From Mobula hypostoma (Eukaryota), in contig NC_086097.1 of assembly GCF_963921235.1 (NCBI RefSeq), positions 68,140,001-68,204,000 on the forward strand: a DNA stretch of 64,000 nt. The letters are read 5' to 3'. Both the position numbers and the translations under genes were made by a program. The notes beneath the pieces were generated by a model. The model did not search any database. It was not told the origin of the DNA and was given only the letters and a program-made list of their open reading frames with translations. Of this stretch, positions 24,001-36,451 are shown piece after piece (the first letter of the stretch is position 1; each line of letters starts with the position of its first letter).

Positions 24001-24663
24001 TTCAATTAACATTCAGCTAATGCAATTTCTGTAAAACCACTTACGTATCATTGTTACTAAGAAGATGCAACAAATATCCTTGGTAGCACCTTGCCAGTGA
24101 GATCAATTTGGCATTTTTGGTTTGTGAATACTCTGGCTTTCTTTACCCGTACAGCTCTACGTAAGCAATGGCAAGCTGCCACTGGAGGAATTTCAATAGA
24201 CATTCAATTATTCAGGTCTTGTGAAATAACTGAGAATACACAACATAAGCATAGAGGTTTAGTTTTCAGTTATAAGTAACAGACAATATTCTCCTATTAT
24301 CAGAATTATTCAATGTCATTGTTGAATTGGCTTTGCACTTATCCACTATGATTGCAGAAACACATTTTATGAGATATTTAAATATTTTCCAACATTTTGA
24401 AACGTTTGCAGAGCAAAGGAACATGACAAATTATAATAAATACATTATCATAATGTGTAATGTATCCAGATCATTTTACTCCTAACAACATTCTTTGTTG
24501 GTTATAAATACTTTCCATAAAAGTATAAAAATATTTAAAGTAATGACCAATCATAGAACATAGAACATTACAGCACAGTACAGGCACTTTGGCCCATGAT
24601 ATTGTGCTGAACTTTTAATCTACTTGAAGATCAATCTAATCCTTTCCTCCTACATAACCCTCT

Positions 24664-25335
24664 GGAACAGCTTTTGGACGTCTCCGAACAAGAGTCTTTC
24701 ATGATTGTGACATCGAAACCGACACCAGAATGTTAGTGTACAAAGCAGTGGTAATCCCAACGCTCCTGTATGCATCGGAAACCTGGACAACATACGGACG
24801 ACATCTGAAGGCACTTGAAAAGTTCCATCAACGCTGTCTTCGAAACATCTTAAATATGAGCTGGGAAGATAGAAGAACCAACGTCGGTGTGCTAAATGAA
24901 GCAAAAACAACAAGCATTGAAGCCTACATCATCAAGAACCAACTAAGATGGAGCGGTCATGTTGTTCGGATGAAAGACAAACGTCTGCCGAAACAAATCT
25001 TCTACTCCCAGCTTAAAGAAGGCAAACGTAAAAGAGGCGGACAACAGAAGAGGTTCAAAGACGTCTTAAAAGCCAACATGAAGAAATGTAACATCGACAT
25101 CAACAATTGGGAAACCAATGCCAAGAACAGGAAACTCTGGCAAGCCATCATCCGAGAAGGAACAGCAACTTTCGAAGCCAACAGATGTGCGGAATTAGAA
25201 GAAAAGAGAAGAAAATGGAAAGAGAGGCAGTAACAACCAAAGCCCGATCTGCCATCTGGAACTACCTGTCCTGAATGTGGAAGAACTTTCAAAGCCAAGA
25301 TTGGACTCATAAACTACTTGAGAGCCCATAAGTAG
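24664..25335 (+). pseudogene. RTE ORF C-terminus with terminal C2H2-like zinc finger; one internal stop
   Basis: AFGRL...VYKAVVIPTLLYASETW...FHQRCLRNIL...QLRWSGHVVRM...LPKQIFY...RGGQQKRFKD...*...CPECGRTFKAKIGLINYLRAHK. Confidence 0.9.
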
Positions 25336-25385
25336 ATCAACAGAACGAAGACCTTCATCCTCGACCTCGAGGGATAGCCACGACG
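24664..25385 (+). mobile_element. Young 5'-truncated RTE-clade LINE
   Basis: TSD acataacc(c/t)tct at 24652-24663 and 25386-25397; short (ACG)n tail; CpG-rich. Confidence 0.92.
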
Positions 25386-28103
25386 ACATAACCTTCTATT
25401 TTTCTAACATCCATGTGCTTATCTAATAGTTTCTTAAATGCCCCTGTTGTATCGACTTCTACCACCATCCCTGGCAGGGCATACTGCATGCCCAGCACTC
25501 TCTTTGTAAAGAGTTGAACTCTGATGTCCCCCTATACTTTCCTCCAATCACCTTAAAATTATGCCTACTTGTATTAAGTATTTCTGCCCTGGGAAAAAGT
25601 CTCTGTTTATCCCCCACTCTGTCTATGTTTCTCATCATCTTGTACACCACTATTAGGTTACTTTTCACCCTCCTTTGCTCCAAAGAGAACACTCAACCTA
25701 TCTTTATAAGACCTTGTGTGTGTTGCTTCATATGACATACCCCCTAGACGAGGCAGCATCCTAGTAAATCTCCTCTGCACTCCCCCTACAGCTTCTACCT
25801 CCTTCTTATAATGAGGTGACTAGAACTCAACACAATTTTCCGAGTATGATCTTACCAGGGTTTTATAGAACTGCAACCTTAATTCATGGCTTTGAACTCA
25901 ATCCCCTGACTAATGAAGGCCAACACACCATATGACTTCTTAACAAACCTATCAACTTGTGCTGCTATTTGAGGGATCTATGTATGAGAACTCCATGAAT
26001 TCGACTTTTCAAAGTGAATCACTTCACACTTCTCTGGTTTGAACTCTATCTGCCTCTTCTCAGCCCAGCTCTGCATCTTGTCAATTTCCCATTGTACTGT
26101 ACAAAAATCTTCTACACTATCCACAACTTCACTAACCTTTGTGTCTCTGCAAATTTACTAATCCACTCTTCCATTTCTTTGTCCAAGTCATTTCTAAAAC
26201 TTCCAAAGAGCAGGGTCCCAGAACAAATCCTTGTTCAAGCGAAGGCATGAGCTGCCCCTCACAAAGCCATGCTGGCTCTCCCTAATTGGACTATGATTCT
26301 CCAAATAGTCGTAAATCCTATCTCTAAAAACCAATACATAAAATTTCATATTTTATAAATTTTAATGCTAATATTTGTTCTGAAAAATTATTAACAAGTA
26401 CTTCCTTCTAAAGACGTTTAACAATTAAGCATGTACCAATTTTATTTTGCCAGCAGATGGCCCTTTGTTCAAACACCTTTTTTTAAAGACTTATTTGCTA
26501 GGAATTCTGCTACAACCTGAGAGATCAATGTGGTGATCACCACGGTGACCACAACAGACCAAATATGTTGTCTGCAGTGACTTTATATTTGGACAGATTT
26601 TGATTCTTCGCTTTCTAACTTTCAAACATCACCAAGGCACAGAAGAGATAAAAGTGATCAGGGCACATCTAATTGTGGTGCAGTTAATGCAAACACTCAG
26701 AATATCTGGTCGATTCTGTTTTCCACAGCAGTACTTTATGAACCCCCCCCCCACCGATAAAAGTTACAGATCAGCTATGACGTAACTAAGTTTGAGCAGT
26801 CCATTGATGGCTTAAATTGGCAGTTTGTTTCAAAATAGTCACCACATTGCAATGTCTAATTGATTTGTAATATTCGTGCGTAGGCTGGATTTGAGTATTA
26901 CAGAAGGCAGGCATCAATCAGTATGGCAGTGTTGATTTTCCTGGCTGCAACCCTATTCTTTTCCCTTTTATGCTCCTCACTTTTCTCTGCTTCTGAGTTC
27001 GGTTCCAAACGGCAAACAGCTGGAATGAAGTGCTTCATTTTCATGGCTCTGTTGGAATGATGTGAATACAGATAACTATTTCTCCTCACAAGTGAGAGGA
27101 CTAATGAGTAACACTATATACACTCTGCATCGATCATGTGGTCTAACCATTCATAGCGATTTTTAGGCTAATCCAGCAGATGTCTTGTTTTTGAAGAAAT
27201 CTCAAGGGAAACAATTGCATTATTACGTCTAGGGAAATAGCTGGTTCTATTTTAGAGATTGTCTTTCAGGAAGTCTGAAGCAGCTGGCACTACCCAGTGA
27301 CAGATAATACAGTAAAGAAGCCGAAGGAAAGAAGCAAAACAAAAACTCAGGTTTAATCATCTTCCATGAAATCAAAAGATTTTTGAAGAAATTATTGTTA
27401 TGCTGTAAGAAATATAATTCTCATTCAAATCATGTTGTTACCCATTATCCGGATACTATCGAATGCATTGAAAGTAACCTGCCTCTTTGTCATCCAGGCC
27501 AAGATGTGGAAAAGTGGCCACACCTATCAAAGCTATCATGGACAAATGCTTTGGTTACAGGTCACACAGAAAAAAGTTACTAACGACAGCTACCAGACAG
27601 GATGAGGGAGGGTCTGTGAGTTGGGGATTTGGGGAGGGGGACAGCAGGGCATTCAGACAGGTTGTATATGTGTGCTGGGTGGCAGCAGCCTGGGGGAAGA
27701 AGTTGTTACCCAGCCTGACAGTTCTAGTTCTTATGCTGCACAACCTTCTGCTTGAAAGTGATCTTGGGTAGGATGGGAGGGGTCTTTCATAAATACTGGA
27801 GGCACTGCGTATGCAGGACATCTGATCGAACAGGGCGGGGTGAGAGAGATCGTGATGATGTTTTCAGCGGTCCTCACTGTCCATTGCAGGGTCTTGCAGT
27901 CTGATGCATTGCAATTCCTATACCAAACAGTGACACAGCTGGTCAGGACACTCTTGATGGTAGTTTGGTAGAAGGTGGCAGGGTGGTGAGAATAGTGGGG
28001 GGTGGGGAATGGGAGCCTCGCTTGCCTCAGTCTCCTCAGGAAGTAGAGGCACTGCTGTGCTGTCTTGGCTAATGAGGTGGTGTTGCGGGATCAGGTGAGA
28101 TTA

Positions 28104-29255
28104 TCACACATTGACAGTGGCTTTTGACATTGTCAAAAGTATATGAAATTACTATGCACTCATGTTGTGATTCCCTCTAAACTGCGCATCAGAGTGTTCA
28201 AAAATCTGCATGAAGGACACCTGGGTACAGTCAAGATGAAGAGTCTTGCCCGGAGCTACGTATGGTGGCCCAAAATAGATAAACAGATTAAAACTTGGTC
28301 AAAAGCTGTTTGGGTGCCAAGAAGTCCAAAATGCACCCCCACAAGCACCATTACACCCGTGAGAGTGGCCGTCTACACCATGGCAAAGAGTACATATTGA
28401 CTTTGCTGGGCCATTCATTGACTCCATGTTTCTGATTGGTGTGGATATTCATTCAAAGTGGTCGGAGGTTAAACCAATGAAGTCAACCACCTCAGCAAAG
28501 ACTGTCTCCACTCTGAGGACTATCTTCACCAAAAAGGCTTACCAGAACAAATTGTGAGTGACAATGGACCACAATACACGACAGAAGAATTCTGACTGTT
28601 CATGAAGAAAAATGGCATCAGACATTTCAAGTCAGCTCCTCACCACCCAGCAATGAATGGGTTAGCTGAAAGGTTTATCCAAACCTCAAGAAGTCCATTA
28701 AAGGGATGGACAAGGAGGACATTTCTCTATAGCACAATATGGACACTTTCATCTAAGTGTATCAGAACTCGGTTCATGCAATAACAAATCAAACGCCTGC
28801 AATGCTGTTCATGAGCAGGAATCTGAGATATCGCATAGACCTCCTGAAACCAGATCGACGGAGGGAAGTACAGAATAAACAGATCAGCCAGTTACCAAGT
28901 GAAGCAGCAAGGAGCTTCGAGATTGGGCAGCAAGTCTTAGTGCGTGATTACCAACAAGACAAGTGGACACCTGGTAGGGTAGCTATAAGAACTGGACCGC
29001 AGTGGATGTTAGAGATCAGACATGCAGACATCATGTGGGCCAGACCCTGGATGAGCAACTGAAGAGCACACCTGAGTCGACAGCATCCAACAAGACGCAC
29101 ACATTAGTCACTTGACACCCCCCCACCCACACTATGGTGTTGTCTACGCATGCACATTCTTCTCTTTCTCGCTGCAATGTGAATACACCAGCTAAAGCCA
29201 TCTCCTACATGCGTGCTTTTATTTAACTTATAGGTAGTTGTGCACAGACACAACA
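28104..29255 (+). mobile_element. Ty3/Gypsy remnant: integrase pseudogene plus 3' LTR end, nested in Rex1
   Basis: LHEGHLGTVKMKSLARSYVWWP; PWQRVHIDFAGPF; IVSDNGPQ; SAPHHPAMNGLAERFIQT; ends ...cacaaca at 29255, where Rex1 resumes. Confidence 0.9.
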
Positions 29256-30399
29256 TTCCTGAAGCCCACAATCATCTCTTCAGTCTTGTCCATGTTGAGA
29301 CTCAGGATGCTGTGTTTACACCAGCCCACAAAACTGCTCTATCACTGCCAGGTTTGCTGCTTCATTATTGTTACCGATGAGGCCAACCACTGATGTCAGA
29401 GAACTTAATGATGTGGTTTGAAATGCATTTGGCAGTGTAGTTGTGTGTTAACAGTGTGTACAGCAGTAGACTGAGCACGCAGCCCCGGGGGGGGGGGGGG
29501 GTCGCGCAGGCACTGGTGCTTAGTGTGATGGAGTCAGAGATATTGTTGCCAATATGGACTTTATCAGAAAGGCCAAGATCCAATTACAGAGGGAGGTGTT
29601 GAGACACATTATGGACAGTTTTCCCACCAGCTTCTGGGGAATGATTGGATTGAAAGCAGAACTGAAGTCGTTGACCAACATTCTGACACAGGAGGCACCA
29701 TTGCCCAGTAGGACGGGACTGTGTAAAGGGTGAAGGCTATGGCATTGTTGATGGACCAGTTTGGGTACTCTGCAAACTAGTAGGGGCCCAATATGGTGGG
29801 AAGACTGGAATTAATGCTGTTTATGACCAGCTACTCATTCAAAGCACTTCATTCAATCAAATCAAGTTTAATTATCGTCCAAACCATATATAGGTGCAGT
29901 TGAATGAGATAGTGTTCCTCTGGGAACCAGGTGCATAACATACATTCAAAATAGCCAGAGAGAAAAAACACACACACACACACACCGTTACGCAAGAAAA
30001 CAAATGATTAGTCCAAGTCCTTGAATGACATGTAAATTAATTGTATAGCTCCTGGCAACCTAGCCTGTCCTTCTGCCAGTCGAACACTGGAGGGCAGCAC
30101 TGATGGGGAGGCCAGCTCCCCCTTGAACACAGACTCCACACTATACTGACTCCAGAGTCATCTTACCTGGACTACAGAGGCCTTGTCCTCGCTACACATG
30201 AAGCCATGCTGCTGTCTCGTCGCCTGTCTCACCACCAAACAAGGGAAACAGGCCTGCGGCATCTCATGTTATCAATGTCCAACAGGTCTTGTGATCACAA
30301 GAGAATCGTCCAAGACAGTCACTCACAGTTACAGTGCATGCTGCTTTAGCGCACCAACTCTGATGTCTTCGAGTAGCAGGCAGCAGCACCGTCTGAACC

Positions 30400-30955
30400 C
30401 AAGTCAGCTTCTCCAAACCTTTTCCAGCCCATCTGCCAGCTCCTTCGACAGCCCAGCCCATCCACCGGCTCCTCTGAATCCTCTCCGGCCTATCCATTGG
30501 CTTCTCCTTCTCCCACCTACCGGCCGACTTCTCCGAATCCCCTCTGGCCCATCTGCCAGCTCCTTCGACACCCTGGCCTGTCCACCAGCTCCTCTGAATC
30601 CTCTCTGGCCTATCCACTGGCTTCTCCTTCTCCGACCTGTCCGCCGACTTCTCCTTCTCCAGCCCATCCGCAGTTACTGCTTCTCCTTCTCCCAGCCAAC
30701 TGCCACCTTCTCCTTCTCCGGGTGACTGCCGACTTCTCCATCTCCCAGCCAAGTGCCGAGTTCTCCTTGTCACGGCCCGTCCACCAGCTTCTCCTTCTCC
30801 TGGTCACCTGCTGGCTTCTCCTTTTCCCAGTCGAGCGCTGGCCTCTCCTTCTCTGACCTGATCGTCGATTTCTCCTTCTCCCGGTCAAGCGCTGGCATCT
30901 CCTTCTCTGAATGGTCCACTGGCTCTTTCGACACCTCAGCCGGCAGCTCCGAACA
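30400..30955. repeat. 30-bp minisatellite with a 120-bp higher-order duplication
   Basis: cttctccttctcc recurs about every 30 nt; 30427-30535 is repeated at 30547-30655. Confidence 0.85.
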
Positions 30956-31059
30956 ATGAACAGATCCCAGATGCAGCAGAGCTGCTGTACCTGTTGATCT
31001 TGGAGTACAGTGTAGTCTTACAATCATAAAAAACACATTGTAAAAAAAAAGTGTACCTT

Positions 31060-31097
31060 GCTTTGACCCCAGCATCTGCAGATTATTTTGTGTTTAC
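31060..31097 (+). mobile_element. 38-bp PLE extreme 3' tip insertion
   Basis: gctttgaccccagcatctgcagattattttgtgttt; TSD agtg(t/c)acctt at 31050-31059 and 31098-31107. Confidence 0.6.
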
Positions 31098-32512
31098 AGT
31101 GCACCTTTGGTTGTCCCCCGAGAGGCCACTGCATTCGAATGTGCCGCCATCTTACCAGAAGTAAGTGTTACTGAGGTCAGTGCCATGGGGACAGTAGTCA
31201 TTGAGGCAGATGCAGTCAGCTTCTTGGGCACTGGGATGATGGTGAGGGCCTTGGAGCCTGCAGGGATAATGTTCTGATCCAGGAAGATGTTGAAGATGTC
31301 AGTGAGAACATTTACTAGCTGGGCTGAACCATCTCTGAGCACATGAAAAGATGTGCCGTCAGTCCCTGTAGCTTTGCATGGGTCTTTCTCACATCAGCTG
31401 TGGCCAAACAGCGTGCCTGCTCTTTGGGGGGAGGGGGGATTTTCTCGCCACGACATCATTTAGTGCACTAAAACATACATAACAGTCATTCAGCCCGTCA
31501 GGAAGAGAGACGTCACAACCATTGATGGGCAGGGTGGCCTTATAGTCTGTTATGGCTGAATGCCCTGTCACAAGCTCCACCTGTTCCTGGTGCAGATTTT
31601 CTGAGAATAGTCCTGTTTTGCCTTCCTGATAGAATGGGAAAGGCTCTTGCAAACTTGAGAGCTGCCTTATCCCCCAAACTGAAAGCAGCATCTAGTTCTT
31701 TCAGCAGTGTCTGGACCACTGCTGTCAGCCATGGCTTCTGATTGACCTGAATGCCGATCGGTTTAATGATAGCAATGTCCTCTGTGCACATGGCCATGGA
31801 GCTGGTCACAGGTCCTCCATATTCATCAGTGTTGATATGATAACCATAGGTAGCCATCTCCATGAATAAGATATCTCCGTGAAAAGAATATCTCACTTGG
31901 ATATTCCCTTCCTTGAGCTCTCAAGCTTGAATTTAATATCGCGTGTATGATGAGATATTCTTCCTAAGAATGCTTTGTTCTCATCATCTACATGTTCTCT
32001 TTTATCAAATAATAAAATATATGCAACCAATTCCTTCCTATCACCTTCCCCTCTGCAGAAACATCAATCCAAAGAGGAAGTAGAAGATAAACAAGATACT
32101 ATTGAATTGAACCAACTCAGACACTGGTACTATGGACGGTGAACAGGAAGGCTTTCAAAAGATGGAGCTTTGTATCCTTTAATGATCTTTTATTTGATAA
32201 ATATCTTTAACATAAGAGACATTCTGAAGGTCACCTTAAGAGTCAATCTGAAATTTTCCAAGGGAAGTCAGTGTTTTTCTTGAATAGGGATTTGCAGCTA
32301 TGAACAAGTTTCCTGGTGGATGTGTGTAAATTATTAAGAGTCACAGCACTTCACCAGTTTCTCACTGTGTCATTTTACAGAGTGGAGACAATCTCTTCCT
32401 ATCATTTAATTTTTAAGGACAGATTTCTTCCTACCACTCAGAGGAAACATGTGGCAAGACCTTCCCATGGACTATTAGTAAAGGTTGACATGGAATCTTC
32501 TGTTTGCAGATA

Positions 32513-33055
32513 TAAAGCTCAAAGTTCAAAGTAAGTGTACTATCAAAGTATATATATGTCACTATATAAAATCCTGAGATTCATTTTTTTTACAGGCATC
32601 CTCAATAAAACCATAGAATAATAGCCATTACAGAATGAATGAAAGATGGCACCAACTTCGGCATTTCACCAGTGTGTACAAGACAACAAATTGTGCAAAT
32701 GCAAAAAAAGGGAACTAGATAAATAAATAAATAGATTGATAGATGGATAAATACATACATAAATAGATAAGCAATAAATATTGAGAAGATGAGATGAAGA
32801 GTCCCTGAAAGTGAGTCCATAGGTTGTGGGAATATTTCAATGATGGGCAAAGTGAAGTTATCCATTTTGGTTCAAGATGCAATGGTTGAGGCATAATAAC
32901 TGTTCCTGAACCTGGTGGTGTGAGTCCTTGGTAGTGGGGGGTCCTTGATGATGAATGCTACTTTTCTGCAACATCGTTTCGTGTAGATATGTTCAACGGC
33001 GGGGAGGCCTTTATCTGTGATGGACTGGGCCATATCCACCACTTTTTGTAGGATT
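32513..33055 (-). mobile_element. Rex1/Babar LINE 3' fragment
   Basis: (aaagttc)n tail; aactgttcctgaacctggtggtgtgag and ccttgatgatgaatgct are similar to 36700-36830. Confidence 0.75.
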
Positions 33056-33699
33056 GATGATATTGCTACAATGAATGATGTAGGTATTGTTAATTTACAA
33101 TCAACATTCTGCCTGTAAATATAGCTAAGGCTTCTCGATGGCTTCCAACATACATATTTCTTTTCCTTGTAACAATATGGTTTTGGTTATCAGCTTTGGT
33201 CGTCATCAATTTGTCAAAATGTTTGATGCAGCAAAGCAGTTTTCCCAATGTCACCAATTATCAAATATTATTATTTCAGACTCAGATTTGTTTGATTCAA
33301 AGCTGCAACCCAATTATTGGTCAAATCATATGGCAACACAACAGGAGAATCTGTTGTTATTCAGATGAGAGAAACAATGACTCTCTCAGTGTAAAGATTT
33401 TCCACGTAAAACCAGTCTTGAGATTGGCAATTGTAGGAATAACACTTCCAATTCAGGTACAAAGATTTTAAATTGCAGCATTTGAATAAGATGCTTAACA
33501 AAAACCACTTGATAGTACCGAAGAATTGCTTTGTAAATGCTAATATTTTTCTTGAGCACAGCTGCTGCTCCTGAGGCCACCTCTGTGATGCTTTCATTAG
33601 CTCAGACCACAGGGACTGGATAGCTGTGTCCGAAGCAGAATCGTTTTCAAAGTCAGAAAATCGTTGTTAATTCCCCATATGAATGTTTCAGCTGCATGC

Positions 33700-34143
33700 T
33701 TATTTATATTATTCAGAGATACATCACGGAATAGGCCCTTCTGGCCCTCTGAGCCACGTCACAACAGCAACTCCCGACAACCCTAATCTAATCACGGGAC
33801 AATTTAAAATAACCAATTAACCTACCCCACACATCTTTGAACTGTTGGAGGAAACAGTTTGATGCCAGGGAATCAAAGGGTATGGGGTGAAGGCAGAGGA
33901 GTGGGGTTGACTGGAAGAATTGGATCGGCCCATGATTCAATGGCGGAGCAGCCTTGATGGGCCGAGTGGCCTACTTCTGCTCCTATATCTTATGGTCTTA
34001 TGGAAACCGGAGCACCTGGGGAAAGCCCACACATTCCACGGGGAGGATGTACTTAGAGTCCTTACAAAGAATGACGGAATTGAACTCTGAACCCCAACCC
34101 CTGAGGTGTAAGAGCATCATGCTAACCATTACATTACCCTGGC
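33700..34143 (-). mobile_element. HE1/V-type tRNA-derived SINE split by a CR1 tail
   Basis: V-core gaggaaac|cggagcacctggggaaagcccac; B-box complement ggaattgaactc; CR1-like tail aataggcccttctggccc. Confidence 0.8.
33856..34001 (+). mobile_element. CR1 3' tail nested in SINE
   Basis: (cttatggt)n tail; TSD ggaaac at 33850-33855 and 34002-34007. Confidence 0.85.
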
Positions 34144-35119
34144 ATGTATACCCAAGGGATGCTCGGACCCTCGATAAAAGCTGGTCATCTGTCATGTTCA
34201 ACACAGTGCAAGCTTCCTCTTGGTTTAACTATAACATGATTGCTTTCAAAGCAAAATTTAAATGTAGAGTGAGAATCTATCTAATATTAAATTTACAGTA
34301 TGGGAACACCAAAGTCAAACGAAAAGAGGGCTGCTTATCATTACTCCGTGCAGCATTACAAGTAAAAGTGGTTAAAAAATGGTGTTTAGCATGCTTGCCG
34401 TTCAGTTAGGGGATTGAGTATGGGATTTGGGACATAATGTTTACAGGTGACAAAGGTTTAGAGGGATATGGATGAATGAAATAAGTATAGATGGGATCTT
34501 GAATGGTATGGACCAGATGGGCTGAAGGGCCTCTGTGCAGTATGATTCTATAAACTGAGTTTTGCATTTGTTGGTTGGTCAACATTCGACACCTAATAAA
34601 TGTGCTAGGATGTACTAAGATGTATTCGCTTCCAAACTAAATACAAGTTCTTGCAATTGAAGGGACTGAAATGTACATGTAAACTATGATTTGTGTTACT
34701 GTCAAGTAAATTCCAGTGGTTCTTATTTGTACAATAGCACCACTTGTAGATGCAACAGTTCTATGTTCAGGCATACAGTATGTTTACATATATGAGCTCT
34801 CCTACAAGACCTTTGACGTTGACTAGCCTCAACTTCAAAAACGACAATCAAAATAAACGTTGAAGACTTCCTCAATCTTTAAGCTTATGGAGTGCTACCC
34901 ATGGACCATGAAAATATTTCTGAGTGTCATTGGGCCTGTAAACCTAACTCCCATCCCACTGGTCAGCATGATCTGCCAGCCATCTTTGTCTTGTAGCCAG
35001 CTAATTTCCTGTGCACTCAACTGTAGTAGATCAGCAGAATTGAAGTTTCTTAGGTTGACTTTTTTTTAATCAATTTGTATTATTGAGGTTCTATTAATAA
35101 ATTTGGAGGTACTAAGTTT

Positions 35120-35500
35120 GGAGGAAATGCTGGAGGAACTTAATGGGCCAGGTGGCACCTATGGAGGAAAACAGTCAATGTTTCAGGCCAAGACCTTTCA
35201 TCGGGGCTGGAAAGCAAGGAGGCAAAAGCCAGCATAAGAGTAGGGGAGGGGGGTGGAGGAGCAGGTGATGAGTGAATCCAGGTGTGGGGGAAAGTAGAAG
35301 GTGTGGGAGGGGAGAGAAAGGAGAATAATGTGAGAAACTGGGACATGATAGGTGGGCAAGGCAAACGGCTGAAGAAGAAGGAATTTGATAGGAGAAGACA
35401 GTAGAGTAAAAGAGACAGGGAAACAGTGGGAGGCCATTGAAGGTGATGGGCAGGTCATTGAGGAGGGGATATTATGTGTAAAATGGCCCCAGGAATAAGG
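35120..35500 (-). mobile_element. PLE terminal part, left half of an element split by the Nimb LINE
   Basis: PLE terminus with decayed hammerhead at about 35172-35209, followed by a purine-rich tract. Confidence 0.8.
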
Positions 35501-36451
35501 GAGACGCAATGGAGTCTGGGTAGGTTTGTTCAGACCAAACATCAGTAGTCACTGTTGGTGAGAGTGATAGGGGATGGTAGTTTGCACCACCTATAATGTG
35601 ACTGAGGGGAGCCTACAGCAGGAAATTCAGATGGGGAGTTAAGTGATAGTATGGAATGGATTCTGACAAGAAATAAAAAGAAAATGAGTCAGGGTGGAAT
35701 GGGTTCGGATGAGGCGGGTTGCCCGGTGAAGGGTGTCAGGACTGAAGCAGAAGATGCTGTTGATTTCAAGATAATGATTACTTTCATATCTAATGTGACA
35801 AAAATCTTTACCCACTTCGATTGATGAAGGCTATTCAGGAGGATATTGATAAAGTAAAATCAGCAATATGCCTTAGCAAAGGTAGGGTGTTGATTACATG
35901 TGCTGATTTAAACCAACAGGAGAAAATACTGAAAGTGAAGATTCTGGACGGGTGTAACATTGTTAGTACATTGGTAGGGGGGAAAATTAAGCTTTGGGAA
36001 TTGTGAAGTTGGTACAGAGACAAGATGCTGCAACTGTGGGGGTGCTCTTAGTGTTGCTTATTTAGGTTGCCGTGTTTTACAAAAGGCTCGGGAAGTACAG
36101 AAGGATTAGTTAGCGGTAGTATTTCTTACGCTGAAGCTGTGAGAAGACTTGATTCCTCTACATCTGTTGGGTGTTGGGTCACCACAGATATTTACAGGGA
36201 TTCAGATGCAGGAAGATTATGGAATGAGCTTGTACAGGCAGGGAGTGGGAGAGGTAAAGTGGGGTATTGATTCCTAAAAAAAATTGATTTTCTTGCATTT
36301 CTATGTGCTGCAGTTAATGGAACAGTACAGGTAGGAAAGAAATCTGAAAGACTCAAAATAATGGTGGATTCAGTATCAAGGTATTTGGGGTGAGTGGGAA
36401 TTATTGCAGAACAGATACATGAAGTACTTCACAGAGAACATTTGGGGAATG

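Larger units (their letters stand above)
24553..26330 (-). mobile_element. CR1 LINE fragment split by an RTE insertion
   Basis: (catagaa)n tail at 24552; FSLEQRRVKSNLIVVYKMMRNIDRV; continues after 25386. Confidence 0.9.
29855..31162 (-). mobile_element. Non-autonomous retroposon (AAGATGGCG head, Rex1-like tail) nested in Rex1
   Basis: Minus strand begins acttctggtaagatggcggc and ends attaaacttgatttgattga; no recognisable protein motifs. Confidence 0.6.
27560..31900 (-). mobile_element. Rex1/Babar LINE in three pieces (27560-28103, 29256-29853, 31163-31900)
   Basis: [33 protein letters not shown]...HIIKFSD; TDIFNIFL...TIIPVPKK; NQKPWLT, collinear on the minus strand. Confidence 0.85.

Noticed and set aside
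30183..31075. Several long overlapping ORFs on both strands
   Set aside because: Produced by a stop-poor 30-bp minisatellite
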